Both the position numbers and the translations under genes were made by a program. Shown here in pieces: positions 11,688 to 21,656 of a stretch of DNA of 64,000 nucleotides. This DNA comes from Escherichia coli (GTDB taxonomy: Bacteria > Pseudomonadota > Gammaproteobacteria > Enterobacterales > Enterobacteriaceae). Under the pieces are notes generated by a model. It did not search any database. It was not told the origin of the DNA and saw only the letters and a list, made by a program, of their open reading frames with translations. The stretch lies in assembly GCF_044324875.1 (NCBI RefSeq), contig NZ_CP172185.1. One strand, 5' to 3'. Every line of letters starts with the position of its first letter. Positions within the stretch are counted from its first letter, which is position 1.

Positions 11688-13037
11688 ATGTCTGAAATTG
11701 TTGTCTCCAAATTTGGCGGTACCAGCGTAGCTGATTTTGACGCCATGAACCGCAGCGCTGATATTGTGCTTTCTGATGCCAACGTACGTTTAGTTGTTCT
11801 CTCGGCTTCTGCTGGTATCACTAATCTGCTGGTCGCTTTAGCTGAAGGACTGGAACCTGGCGAGCGATTCGAAAAACTCGACGCAATCCGCAATATCCAG
11901 TTTGCCATTCTGGAACGTCTGCGTTACCCGAACGTTATCCGTGAAGAGATTGAACGTCTGCTGGAGAACATTACTGTTCTGGCAGAAGCGGCGGCGCTGG
12001 CAACGTCTCCGGCGCTGACAGATGAACTGGTCAGCCACGGCGAGCTGATGTCGACCCTGCTGTTTGTCGAAATCCTGCGCGAACGCGATGTTCAGGCACA
12101 GTGGTTTGATGTACGTAAAGTGATGCGTACCAACGACCGATTTGGTCGTGCAGAGCCAGATGTAGCCGCGCTGGCGGAACTGGCCGCGCTGCAGCTGCTC
12201 CCACGCCTCAATGAAGGCTTAGTGATCACCCAGGGATTTATCGGTAGCGAAAATAAAGGTCGGACAACGACGCTTGGCCGTGGAGGCAGCGATTATACGG
12301 CAGCCTTGCTGGCGGAGGCTTTACACGCATCTCGTGTTGATATCTGGACCGACGTCCCGGGCATCTACACCACCGATCCACGCGTGGTTTCCGCAGCAAA
12401 ACGCATTGATGAAATCGCGTTTGCCGAAGCGGCAGAGATGGCAACTTTTGGTGCAAAAGTACTGCATCCGGCAACGTTGCTACCCGCAGTACGTAGCGAT
12501 ATCCCGGTCTTTGTTGGCTCCAGCAAAGACCCACGCGCAGGTGGTACGCTGGTGTGCAATAAAACTGAAAATCCGCCGCTATTCCGCGCGCTGGCGCTTC
12601 GTCGCAATCAGACTCTGCTCACTTTGCACAGCCTGAATATGCTGCATTCTCGCGGTTTCCTCGCGGAAGTTTTCGGCATCCTCGCGCGGCATAATATTTC
12701 GGTAGACTTAATCACCACGTCAGAAGTGAGCGTGGCATTAACCCTTGATACCACCGGTTCAACCTCCACTGGCGATACCTTGCTGACGCAATCTCTGCTG
12801 ATGGAGCTGTCTGCACTATGCCGGGTAGAAGTGGAGGAAGGTCTGGCGCTGGTCGCGTTGATTGGCAATGACCTGTCAAAAGCCTGCGGCGTTGGCAAAG
12901 AGGTATTCGGCGTACTGGAACCGTTCAACATTCGCATGATTTGTTACGGCGCATCCAGCCATAACCTGTGCTTCCTGGTGCCCGGCGAAGATGCCGAGCA
13001 GGTGGTGCAAAAACTGCATTTTAATTTGTTTGAGTAA
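11688..13037 (+). CDS. lysC: Lysine-sensitive aspartokinase III LysC (449 aa)
   Basis: Translation MSEIVVSKFGGTSVADFDAMNRSADIVLSDANVRLVVLSASAGITNLL... matches LysC. Confidence 0.98.
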   Translation: MSEIVVSKFGGTSVADFDAMNRSADIVLSDANVRLVVLSASAGITNLLVALAEGLEPGERFEKLDAIRNIQFAILERLRYPNVIREEIERLLENITVLAEAAALATSPALTDELVSHGELMSTLLFVEILRERDVQAQWFDVRKVMRTNDRFGRAEPDVAALAELAALQLLPRLNEGLVITQGFIGSENKGRTTTLGRGGSDYTAALLAEALHASRVDIWTDVPGIYTTDPRVVSAAKRIDEIAFAEAAEMATFGAKVLHPATLLPAVRSDIPVFVGSSKDPRAGGTLVCNKTENPPLFRALALRRNQTLLTLHSLNMLHSRGFLAEVFGILARHNISVDLITTSEVSVALTLDTTGSTSTGDTLLTQSLLMELSALCRVEVEEGLALVALIGNDLSKACGVGKEVFGVLEPFNIRMICYGASSHNLCFLVPGEDAEQVVQKLHFNLFE

Positions 13038-13046
13038 ACACAGTAT

Positions 13047-13090
13047 GGCCCGGAAGACATTATTTCGGGCCGTATTGTTTTTCTTGTCAT
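13047..13090 (+). terminator. Probable rho-independent terminator downstream of lysC
   Basis: GGCCCGGAAGACATTATTTCGGGCC hairpin followed by a T-rich tract (GTATTGTTTTTCTTG). Confidence 0.55.
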
Positions 13091-13289
13091 TATGCTTATC
13101 AATAAACGAGCCTGTACTCTGTTAACCAGCGTCTTTATCGGAGAATAATTGCCTTTAATTTTTTATCTGCATCTCTAACTAATTAGAGAAAGAGATAAAT
13201 AGTTAAGAGAAGGCAAAATGAATATTATCAGTTCTGCTCGCAAACGAATTCCCGTACACTGAACTCTCTGGCTCACTGAGGGCACCATC

Positions 13290-13562
13290 ATGGCACTCCC
13301 CCGTATTACCCAAAAAGAGATGACTGAACGCGAGCAGCGTGAACTAAAAACATTGCTGGATCGCGCACGGATTGCGCATGGTCGCGTGTTGACTAATTCG
13401 GAAACCAACAGCATTAAAAAAGAGTACATCGATAAGCTGATGGTTGAGCGTGAAGCAGCAGCAAAAAAAGCCCGCCAATTGAAGAAAAAGCAGGCTTATA
13501 AACCGGATCCTGAAGCGTCATTTAGCTGGTCAGCAAATACGTCGACGCGCGGCAGGCGCTGA
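13290..13562 (+). CDS. yjbD: YjbD, DUF3811-family small basic protein (90 aa)
   Basis: ORF MALPRITQKEMTEREQRELKTLLDRARIAHGRVLTNSETNSIKKEYIDKLMV...; position between lysC and rluF as in K-12. Confidence 0.8.
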   Translation: MALPRITQKEMTEREQRELKTLLDRARIAHGRVLTNSETNSIKKEYIDKLMVEREAAAKKARQLKKKQAYKPDPEASFSWSANTSTRGRR

Positions 13563-14435
13563 TTAACGCCCCTTCTTTTTACGCCCCGGCGAGGTAAAAC
13601 GCTTACCGTTGGACGCCGGGCGACCGCCTTTTTCCGCCGTTTTTTCCATCTTAACGACTGGACGTTTGATGCCCGCCGTTTTCGGTTTGGCCTTCGTTTT
13701 AGGTTTTGCCTCGGAAGAGGAATTTTCGATGAGCTTAAAGAGGTCGATTAACTCATCGTCAGTTAAATCGCGCCACTCACCCAGCGGAATGCCGCTTAAG
13801 CTGACGTTCATAATGCGCGTACGTTCCAGCTTTTTCACTTCGTAACCAAAGTGCTCGCACATGCGCCGGATCTGACGGTTCAGCCCCTGCACCAGGGTAA
13901 TGCGGAAGACAAACGGCGCTTCTTTTTTGACTTTGCACTTTTTCGTCACCGTCCCGAGGATCGGCACCCCCGCCCCCATACCACGAATAAATTCATCGGT
14001 AATCGGTTTATCGACCGTCACCAGATACTCTTTCTCATGATCGTTACCCGCACGGAGGATCTTATTCACTAGATCGCCGTGATTGGTGAGGAAAATCAGC
14101 CCCTGGGAGTCTTTATCCAGGCGGCCAATCGGGAACACGCGTTTGCTGTGGTTAACGAAATCGACAATGTTATCGCGCTCGCCATCTTCGGTGGTGCTGA
14201 CAATACCGACGGGCTTGTTCAGGGCGATAAGTACCAAATCTTCGGCTTCCCGAGGCTCAATCAACTGACCGTTTACTTTCACAACGTCGCCGGGTTTCAC
14301 CTGATCGCCAATGGTGGCTCGCTTGCCATTAAGGAACACATTGCCTTGCTCGATATAGCGATCCGCTTCGCGGCGTGAGCAAATTCCGCTTTCGCTGATG
14401 TATTTATTTAAACGGACTGATGAGTCGGGCAGCAT
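13563..14435 (-). CDS. rluF: 23S rRNA pseudouridine(2604) synthase RluF (290 aa)
   Basis: S4 domain plus RsuA-type pseudouridine synthase motifs; translation [40 protein letters not shown]... with Lys-rich C-terminal tail. Confidence 0.93.
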   Translation of the reverse strand: MLPDSSVRLNKYISESGICSRREADRYIEQGNVFLNGKRATIGDQVKPGDVVKVNGQLIEPREAEDLVLIALNKPVGIVSTTEDGERDNIVDFVNHSKRVFPIGRLDKDSQGLIFLTNHGDLVNKILRAGNDHEKEYLVTVDKPITDEFIRGMGAGVPILGTVTKKCKVKKEAPFVFRITLVQGLNRQIRRMCEHFGYEVKKLERTRIMNVSLSGIPLGEWRDLTDDELIDLFKLIENSSSEAKPKTKAKPKTAGIKRPVVKMEKTAEKGGRPASNGKRFTSPGRKKKGR

Positions 14436-14782
14436 AAATTCTCCTGTAAAACGCGGAATATACCGTACCTCTTAGCGGGGAAAAACAGGGTTATGCGGCA
14501 ACGTCGAAATTAAATGTGATCTGCCACGCCTTTTATCACAAAAGTGTCTCCGGAAGTACGATGCAAATTTGCCTGGCAAAATAAGGATAATCAACATATT
14601 ACGAATCGCTGCACACCTGTGCTGATGACTACTACGCAGAGAAACAAATGTGCAAGAGAAAGCGCTATTTCTCCCCATGCAAAGAGTGAAAAATCGCTTT
14701 GAAAGGCCCTCATGATGGGGTTATATCAGATCAAGCGGTGAGAAAGCGTATTTGCACAAATGTGCAGAACCAGGAGGCGGCA

Positions 14783-15730
14783 ATGGAAAACAGTGACGAT
14801 ATCCGTTTGATTGTGAAGATTGCCCAACTCTATTACGAACAGGATATGACGCAGGCGCAAATCGCGCGCGAACTGGGTATTTACCGCACCACCATCAGCC
14901 GCTTGCTTAAACGAGGCCGCGATCAGGGAATTGTCACCATCGCCATCAACTATGACTACAACGAAAATCTCTGGCTGGAGCAGCAACTGAAGCAAAAGTT
15001 TGGCCTGAAAGACGTTGTGGTGGTGTCGGGAAATGATGAGGATGAAGAGACTCAACTGGCGATGATGGGGTTACACGGCGCGCAACTGCTGGATCGCTTG
15101 CTGGAACCTGGCGATATTGTCGGTTTTTCCTGGGGTCGCGCGGTGAGCGCACTGGTTGAAAACTTGCCGCAGGCGGGGCAATCGCGGCAGTTAATCTGCG
15201 TACCAATTATTGGCGGACCGTCCGGTAAACTCGAAAGCCGCTATCATGTAAACACATTAACCTACAGCGCGGCAGCGAAGCTGAAAGGGGAATCGCATCT
15301 CGCGGATTTTCCGGCTCTGCTGGATAACCCATTAATTCGTAATGGGATCATGCAGTCTCAGCACTTTAAAACCATCTCTGCCTACTGGGATAATCTGGAT
15401 GTCGCCCTGGTGGGAATTGGCTCACCGGCCATTCGCGACGGCGCTAACTGGCATGCGTTTTATGGTGGTGAAGAGAGTGACGACCTGAATGCCCGCCAGG
15501 TTGCTGGCGATATTTGCTCGCGCTTTTTTGATATTCACGGCGCAATGGTTGAAACGAATATGAGTGAAAAAACACTCTCTATCGAAATGAATAAATTAAA
15601 GCAGGCACGATATTCCATTGGCATTGCCATGAGTGAAGAAAAATACAGCGGAATAGTTGGTGCACTGCGTGGAAAATATATTAATTGTCTGGTAACGAAT
15701 AGCAGCACAGCTGAACTATTACTGAAATAA
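14783..15730 (+). CDS. sorC: SorC-family transcriptional regulator of the L-sorbose operon (315 aa)
   Basis: N-terminal HTH (DIRLIVKIAQLYYEQDMTQAQIARELGIYRTTISRLLKRGRDQGIV) plus sugar-binding domain; first gene of a sorCDFBAME-like cluster; start set at MENSDD (ORF track starts 28 codons upstream). Confidence 0.85.
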   Translation: MENSDDIRLIVKIAQLYYEQDMTQAQIARELGIYRTTISRLLKRGRDQGIVTIAINYDYNENLWLEQQLKQKFGLKDVVVVSGNDEDEETQLAMMGLHGAQLLDRLLEPGDIVGFSWGRAVSALVENLPQAGQSRQLICVPIIGGPSGKLESRYHVNTLTYSAAAKLKGESHLADFPALLDNPLIRNGIMQSQHFKTISAYWDNLDVALVGIGSPAIRDGANWHAFYGGEESDDLNARQVAGDICSRFFDIHGAMVETNMSEKTLSIEMNKLKQARYSIGIAMSEEKYSGIVGALRGKYINCLVTNSSTAELLLK

Positions 15731-15799
15731 AAATCTTCCCGATGTTTACCGTAATAAAAATTACGGCGGGTCCCTATTATCTAAAAACAGGAGTCTGTT

Positions 15800-16606
15800 A
15801 TGCAAACGTGGTTAAATTTGCAGGATAAAATCATTATCGTCACCGGCGGCGCATCCGGTATAGGTCTGGCGATTGTAGAGGAATTATTAGCACAAGGCGC
15901 GAATGTACAGATGGTCGATATTCACGGTGGCGATGGACAATATGAAGGTCATAAAGGCTATCAGTTTTGGCCGACCGATATTTCCAGCGCCAAAGAGGTA
16001 AATCATACGGTAGCAGAAATTATCCAGCGTTTTGGTCGCATCGACGGTCTGGTTAACAACGCCGGGGTCAATTTTCCGCGTCTGCTGGTCGATGAGAAAG
16101 CGCCTGCCGGGCAGTATGAACTCAACGAAGCTGCATTCGAAAAAATGGTCAATATCAACCAGAAAGGCGTTTTTCTGATGTCGCAGGCGGTGGCGCGACA
16201 GATGGTCAAACAACACGATGGCGTGATTGTGAATGTTTCCTCAGAAAGTGGGCTGGAAGGCTCAGAAGGCCAAAGCTGTTACGCCGCGACCAAAGCCGCG
16301 CTTAATAGCTTCACGCGATCCTGGTCGAAAGAATTGGGTAAACACGGTATCCGTGTAGTCGGTATCGCGCCGGGGATTCTGGAAAAAACCGGGCTACGCA
16401 CGCCGGAATATGAAGAAGCGCTGGCGTGGACGCGCAATATCACCGTCGAGCAGCTGCGTGAAGGCTATACCAAAAACGCCATTCCTATTGGGCGCGCCGG
16501 AAGATTAGCAGAAGTCGCTGATTTTGTTTGTTATCTGCTGTCTGAACGCGCCAGCTACATCACCGGAGTAACCACTAACATTGCGGGCGGCAAAACGCGC
16601 GGATAA
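15800..16606 (+). CDS. sorD: Short-chain dehydrogenase/reductase, sorbitol(glucitol)-6-phosphate dehydrogenase SorD-like (268 aa)
   Basis: Rossmann motif TGGASGIGLA near the N-terminus and YxxxK catalytic motif (YAATKAA); operon position. Confidence 0.85.
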   Translation: MQTWLNLQDKIIIVTGGASGIGLAIVEELLAQGANVQMVDIHGGDGQYEGHKGYQFWPTDISSAKEVNHTVAEIIQRFGRIDGLVNNAGVNFPRLLVDEKAPAGQYELNEAAFEKMVNINQKGVFLMSQAVARQMVKQHDGVIVNVSSESGLEGSEGQSCYAATKAALNSFTRSWSKELGKHGIRVVGIAPGILEKTGLRTPEYEEALAWTRNITVEQLREGYTKNAIPIGRAGRLAEVADFVCYLLSERASYITGVTTNIAGGKTRG

Positions 16607-16615
16607 GGAGGCTTT

Positions 16616-17023
16616 ATGGTCAACGCCATTTTTTGTGCCCACGGCAAATTAGCCTGCGCCATGCTGGAATCGGTTCAGATGGTTTACGGCAACGCCAATG
16701 TTGAAGCCGTTGAATTTGTACCCGGCGAGAACGCCGGAGACATTGTGGCAAAGCTGGAGAAGTTAGTGAGCATTCACAATCATGACGAGTGGCTAATCGC
16801 CGTGGATTTACAGTGCGGCAGCCCGTGGAATGCGGCAGCGATGCTTGCGATGCGCAATCCTCGCCTGCGGGTAATCAGCGGCCTTTCTCTGCCGCTGGCG
16901 CTCGAACTGGTTGATAACCAGGACAGCATGAATGTTGATGAACTGTGTGAACACCTGACGCAAATCGCAAAGCAATCCTGCGTCGTCTGGAGACAGGTGG
17001 CAACGGCAGAGGAGGATTTCTGA
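16616..17023 (+). CDS. sorF: PTS mannose/sorbose-family EIIA component (135 aa)
   Basis: Small EIIA-Man-like protein (MVNAIFCAHGKLACAMLESVQMVYG...), immediately followed by EIIB. Confidence 0.85.
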   Translation: MVNAIFCAHGKLACAMLESVQMVYGNANVEAVEFVPGENAGDIVAKLEKLVSIHNHDEWLIAVDLQCGSPWNAAAMLAMRNPRLRVISGLSLPLALELVDNQDSMNVDELCEHLTQIAKQSCVVWRQVATAEEDF

Positions 17024-17517
17024 TGAACATTACGCTCGCCCGCATTGATGACCGCCTGATCCACGGCCAGGTCACTACCGTCTGGTCTAAAGTGGCTAAC
17101 GCCCAGCGCATTATTATCTGCAATGACGAAGTTTATAACGATGAAGTTCGCCGGACATTATTGCGTCAGGCTGCGCCACCGGGAATGAAGGTTAACGTGG
17201 TCAATATTGAAAAAGCCGTCGCGGTTTATCACAACCCGCAATATCAGGACGAAACCGTTTTTTATCTTTTCACTCGCCCACAGGATGCCTTAGCGATGGT
17301 TCGCCAGGGGGTAAAAATAGGCACCCTGAATATTGGCGGCATGGCCTGGCGGCCCGGTAAAAAACAGTTAACCAAAGCGGTTTCATTAGATGATGATGAT
17401 ATTAACGCATTTCATGAGTTAAATAATCTTGGCGTCATACTGGATTTACGCGTCGTAGCGTCAGATCCCTCAATCAATATTATCGACAAAATAAACGAAC
17501 AGTTAATCGCAAATTAA
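17023..17517 (+). CDS. sorB: PTS mannose/sorbose-family EIIB component (164 aa)
   Basis: MNITLARIDDRLIHGQV... with the phosphorylatable His of EIIB-Man; start overlaps the sorF stop. Confidence 0.88.
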   Translation: MNITLARIDDRLIHGQVTTVWSKVANAQRIIICNDEVYNDEVRRTLLRQAAPPGMKVNVVNIEKAVAVYHNPQYQDETVFYLFTRPQDALAMVRQGVKIGTLNIGGMAWRPGKKQLTKAVSLDDDDINAFHELNNLGVILDLRVVASDPSINIIDKINEQLIAN

Positions 17518-17582
17518 ATAATAGCGCCTGTGTACATATGCTTTAACAGGCAGGGATGACGACACTTAAAAGGTGACAAATC

Positions 17583-18380
17583 ATGGAAATAAGTACCCTA
17601 CAAATCATTGCTATATTTCTTTTTTCCTGTATTGCCGGAATGGGCAGCGTGCTGGATGAATTTCAGACTCATCGCCCGTTAATTGCCTGTACGGTGATTG
17701 GTTTAATTCTCGGTGATTTAAAAACCGGAATAATACTCGGTGGTACGCTGGAATTGATAGCTCTCGGCTGGATGAACGTCGGCGCGGCGCAATCTCCGGA
17801 TTCTGCACTCGCCAGCATAATCTCCGCCATTCTTGTTATCGTTGGTCAGCAAAGCATCGCCACCGGAATCGCCATCGCGTTGCCTGTGGCTGCGGCAGGC
17901 CAGGTGCTGACGGTGTTTGCCCGTACCATCACCGTAGTGTTCCAGCACGCGGCGGATAAAGCAGCGGAAGAGGCGCGGTTTCGCACTCTCGATATTCTGC
18001 ATGTCTCCGCACTTGGCGTGCAGGCGCTGCGCGTTGCTATTCCGGCACTGATTGTCTCGCTGTTCGTCAGCGCCGATATGGTCAGCAATATGTTAAACGC
18101 CATTCCCGAATTTGTGACCCGAGGACTACAGATTGCTGGCGGTTTTATCGTGGTGGTCGGTTACGCCATGGTGCTACGTATGATGGGCGTGAAATATTTG
18201 ATGCCTTTCTTTTTCCTCGGTTTCCTCGCAGGTGGCTACCTCGATCTCAGTCTGCTGGCGTTCGGTGGCGTCGGCGTGATCATGGCCCTGGTCTACATCC
18301 AGCTAAATCCACAGTGGCGTAAAGCTGAACCTCAACTCCAGGCCACCACCTCCACCGCCCTTGACCAACTTGACGATTAA
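17583..18380 (+). CDS. sorA: PTS mannose/sorbose-family EIIC membrane component (265 aa)
   Basis: Hydrophobic multi-pass ORF (MEISTLQIIAIFLFSCIAGMGSVLDEF...), EIIC-Man-like. Confidence 0.88.
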   Translation: MEISTLQIIAIFLFSCIAGMGSVLDEFQTHRPLIACTVIGLILGDLKTGIILGGTLELIALGWMNVGAAQSPDSALASIISAILVIVGQQSIATGIAIALPVAAAGQVLTVFARTITVVFQHAADKAAEEARFRTLDILHVSALGVQALRVAIPALIVSLFVSADMVSNMLNAIPEFVTRGLQIAGGFIVVVGYAMVLRMMGVKYLMPFFFLGFLAGGYLDLSLLAFGGVGVIMALVYIQLNPQWRKAEPQLQATTSTALDQLDD

Positions 18381-18390
18381 CGGAGCCATC

Positions 18391-19215
18391 ATGGAACAGA
18401 GAAAAATTACACGCAGCGATCTGGTGAGCATGTTTCTGCGCTCCAACCTGCAACAGGCGTCCTTTAACTTTGAACGTATTCACGGGCTGGGTTTTTGCTA
18501 CGACATGATCCCCGCCATCAAACGACTTTACCCATTAAAAGAGGATCAGGTTGCGGCGCTCAGGCGACACCTGGTGTTCTTCAATACCACGCCAGCCGTA
18601 TGTGGCCCGGTCATCGGCGTCACTGCCGCCATGGAAGAGGCGCGAGCCAACGGCGCGGAAATTGATGACGGTACCATTAACGGCATCAAAGTCGGTCTGA
18701 TGGGACCATTGGCAGGAGTTGGCGATCCACTGGTCTGGGGAACGCTGCGCCCGATTACCGCCGCGCTCGGCGCATCTCTGGCACTTTCGGGCAACATTCT
18801 CGGCCCGCTGCTGTTTTTCTTTATTTTCAATGCGGTGCGTCTGGCGATGAAGTGGTATGGCCTACAGCTCGGCTTTCGCAAAGGGGTGAATATCGTCAGC
18901 GATATGGGCGGGAATGTGCTGCAAAAACTCACCGAAGGCGCGTCGATTCTCGGACTGTTTGTGATGGGCGTGCTGGTGACCAAATGGACGTCAATCAACG
19001 TACCGTTGGTGGTTTCACAAACGCATGCCGCCGATGGCTCCACCGTCACCATGACCGTGCAGAACATTCTCGACCAACTTTGCCCTGGTTTGCTGGCGCT
19101 CGGTCTGACGCTACTGATGGTTCGTCTGCTCAACAAAAAAATTAACCCGGTATGGCTGATTTTCGCCCTGTTTGGCTTAGGGATTATCGGCAATGCGCTG
19201 GGCTTCCTGTCCTGA
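18391..19215 (+). CDS. sorM: PTS mannose/sorbose-family EIID membrane component (274 aa)
   Basis: MEQRKITRSDLVSMFLRSNLQQASFNFERIHGLGF... typical EIID-Man N-terminus; GGAG RBS 7 nt upstream of this ATG. Confidence 0.88.
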   Translation: MEQRKITRSDLVSMFLRSNLQQASFNFERIHGLGFCYDMIPAIKRLYPLKEDQVAALRRHLVFFNTTPAVCGPVIGVTAAMEEARANGAEIDDGTINGIKVGLMGPLAGVGDPLVWGTLRPITAALGASLALSGNILGPLLFFFIFNAVRLAMKWYGLQLGFRKGVNIVSDMGGNVLQKLTEGASILGLFVMGVLVTKWTSINVPLVVSQTHAADGSTVTMTVQNILDQLCPGLLALGLTLLMVRLLNKKINPVWLIFALFGLGIIGNALGFLS

Positions 19216-19266
19216 TTCTTCGCCCCGGCACGACTGCCGGGGCCATCGCTCAACATGAGGTGGTTT

Positions 19267-20496
19267 ATGAAAACAACAGCTCTGCGTCTTTATGGTAAAC
19301 GTGATTTACGCCTGGAAACCTTTGATCTTCCTGAAATGCAGGAGGATGAAATCCTCGCGGCGGTGGTCACTGACAGCCTGTGCCTCTCTTCCTGGAAAGA
19401 GGCCAATCTGGGTGAAAACCATAAAAAAGTACCCGATGATGTGGCGACCAATCCCATCATCATCGGCCACGAATTTTGCGGCGATATTCTGGCCGTGGGT
19501 AAAAAGTGGCAGCACAAATTCCAGCCGGGTCAGCGTTATGTGATTCAGGCCAACCTGCAATTCCCTGACCGCCCGGATTGCCCCGGCTACTCCTTCCCGT
19601 GGGTAGGCGGCGAAGCGACGCATGTGGTTATTCCCAACGAGGTCATGGAACAAGATTGCCTGCTGGCATACGACGGCGAAACCTATTTTGAAGGCTCGCT
19701 GGTTGAACCGCTTTCCTGCGTGATTGGCGCGTTCAACGCCAACTATCATCTTCAGGAAGGTAGTTATAACCACACGATGGGGATTCGCCCGCAAGGGCGC
19801 ACGCTGATCCTCGGCGGCACCGGACCAATGGGACTGTTGGCGATTGATTATGCGCTGCATGGACCCATTAACCCGTCGCTGCTCGTCATTACCGATACCG
19901 ACAACGATAAATTGAGTTATGCGCGCAAGCACTATCCATCAGAATCGCAAACACTGATTCATTATCTCAATGCCACCGATGCAGCATTTGATACGTTAAT
20001 GGCGCTGAGTGGCGGTCACGGCTTCGATGATATTTTCGTCTTTGTGCCTAATGAAGGACTGGTGACTCTCGCCTCTTCCTTGCTGGCGACAGATGGTTGC
20101 CTGAATTTCTTCGCCGGACCGCAGGATAAACATTTCAGCGCGCCAATTAATTTCTACGATGTGCATTATGCATTTACCCACTACGTGGGCACGTCAGGCG
20201 GCAATACCGATGACATGCGCGCAGCAGTCAAATTGATTGAAGAGAAAAAAGTGCAGGCCGCAAAAGTGGTAACACATATTCTTGGGCTGAATGCCGCGGG
20301 CGAAACCACGCTTGAATTGCCTGCCGTCGGCGGCGGCAAAAAGCTGGTGTATACCGGGAAATACCTGCCGCTTATGTCACTCACGCAGATTCAGGATCAA
20401 GCACTGGCGGCAATTCTGGCGCGTCATCAGGGGATCTGGTCCGGTGAGGCGGAGCAATATCTGCTCACTCATGCAGAGGCAATTTCCCATGATTAA
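19267..20496 (+). CDS. sorE: L-sorbose-1-phosphate reductase SorE-like, zinc/MDR-type alcohol dehydrogenase fold (409 aa)
   Basis: Last gene of the sor cluster; MDR-family features (GHEFCGDI); start at MKTTALRL preceded by GGTGG RBS (ORF track starts 4 codons earlier). Confidence 0.8.
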   Translation: MKTTALRLYGKRDLRLETFDLPEMQEDEILAAVVTDSLCLSSWKEANLGENHKKVPDDVATNPIIIGHEFCGDILAVGKKWQHKFQPGQRYVIQANLQFPDRPDCPGYSFPWVGGEATHVVIPNEVMEQDCLLAYDGETYFEGSLVEPLSCVIGAFNANYHLQEGSYNHTMGIRPQGRTLILGGTGPMGLLAIDYALHGPINPSLLVITDTDNDKLSYARKHYPSESQTLIHYLNATDAAFDTLMALSGGHGFDDIFVFVPNEGLVTLASSLLATDGCLNFFAGPQDKHFSAPINFYDVHYAFTHYVGTSGGNTDDMRAAVKLIEEKKVQAAKVVTHILGLNAAGETTLELPAVGGGKKLVYTGKYLPLMSLTQIQDQALAAILARHQGIWSGEAEQYLLTHAEAISHD

Positions 20497-20654
20497 TCGC
20501 GCTACTTAACTCTGCATGTCGCTGGCTGGTCGCCGCGGCAACTTCGCGACCGGATGTGCGGCTGATTGCTGAAGCAGCACAATTTGCATGAGAAGGATAA
20601 AAAATATCAGCGCCTTAAGGGGCGCTCAAATTGGTGGCAAAGTACACATTGTTT

Positions 20655-20757
20655 ATGCCGGATGCGGAATGAAGCCTTATTCGGCATACATAATCTCGAA
20701 AATTCAATATATTGCAGTTATCTGGTAGGCCTGGTAAGCGTAGCGCATCAGGCAATG
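20655..20757. repeat. Two REP-type palindromic units in the sorE-pepE intergenic region
   Basis: TGCCGGATGCGGAATGAAGCCTTATTCGGCATA and GGTAGGCCTGGTAAGCGTAGCGCATCAGGCAATG resemble the REP consensus (GCCGGATG.../...GCATCAGGC). Confidence 0.75.
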
Positions 20758-20877
20758 CTGTGTTTGTCATCAGTCTCAGCGCCCGGTGCAATACGTGACA
20801 TCGTGAGCCATGTCAGTAAGTGGTTAAATTCGCAGTGGTAGCATGCCTTCCGTGATTTCTTACTAACCGGAGAAGTA

Positions 20878-21567
20878 ATGGAACTGCTTTTATTGAGTAA
20901 CTCAACGCTGCCGGGTAAAGCCTGGCTGGTACATGCACTGCCGCTAATTGCTGAACAGTTGCAGGGTCGCCGCTCAGCGGTGTTTATCCCTTTCGCTGGC
21001 GTAACGCAGACCTGGGATGATTACACAGCGAAAACGGCTGCGGTTCTCGCTCCGCTGGGTGTTTCTGTCACCGGTATTCATAGCGTTGTCGATCCCGTTG
21101 CCGCGATTGAAAATGCTGAGATCGTGATTGTCGGCGGCGGTAATACTTTCCAGTTGCTGAAACAGTGCCGCGAGCGCGGGCTGCTGGCACCAATTACTGA
21201 CGTGGTGAAACGTGGCGCGCTGTATATTGGCTGGAGCGCAGGCGCTAACCTTGCTTGCCCAACCATTCGTACCACCAACGATATGCCGATTGTCGATCCG
21301 CAAGGTTTCGATGCGCTAAATCTGTTCCCGCTGCAAATCAACCCGCACTTCACCAACGCGCTGCCGGAAGGTCATAAAGGTGAAACCCGTGAACAGCGTA
21401 TTCGCGAACTGCTGGTCGTCGCGCCAGAACTCACAATTATTGGTCTACCGGAAGGTAACTGGATCACGGTGAGTAAAGGTCACGCTACGCTGGGTGGCCC
21501 GAACACCACTTATGTGTTTAAGGCTGGTGAAGAAGCGGTTCCGCTGGAAGCGGGTCACCGTTTTTAA
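20878..21567 (+). CDS. pepE: Alpha-aspartyl dipeptidase PepE (peptidase E, S51 family; 229 aa)
   Basis: Translation [41 protein letters not shown]... matches PepE. Confidence 0.95.
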   Translation: MELLLLSNSTLPGKAWLVHALPLIAEQLQGRRSAVFIPFAGVTQTWDDYTAKTAAVLAPLGVSVTGIHSVVDPVAAIENAEIVIVGGGNTFQLLKQCRERGLLAPITDVVKRGALYIGWSAGANLACPTIRTTNDMPIVDPQGFDALNLFPLQINPHFTNALPEGHKGETREQRIRELLVVAPELTIIGLPEGNWITVSKGHATLGGPNTTYVFKAGEEAVPLEAGHRF

Positions 21568-21574
21568 GTGAATT

Positions 21575-21641
21575 GCCGGATGCATGATCCGGCATCTTGT
21601 ACATAATGCCTGATGCGACGCTTTACGCGTCTTATCAGGCC
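21575..21641. repeat. REP palindromic units between convergent pepE and yjbB
   Basis: GCCGGATGCATGATCCGGCAT and GCCTGATGCGACGCTTTACGCGTCTTATCAGGCC. Confidence 0.8.
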
Positions 21642-21656
21642 TTCAGGGGCGCAGTA

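Noticed and set aside
20566-20841. 91-aa ORF in the sorE-pepE spacer
   Set aside because: Spans two REP palindromes, has no RBS, and its translation is dictated by the repeat sequence; treated as non-coding.
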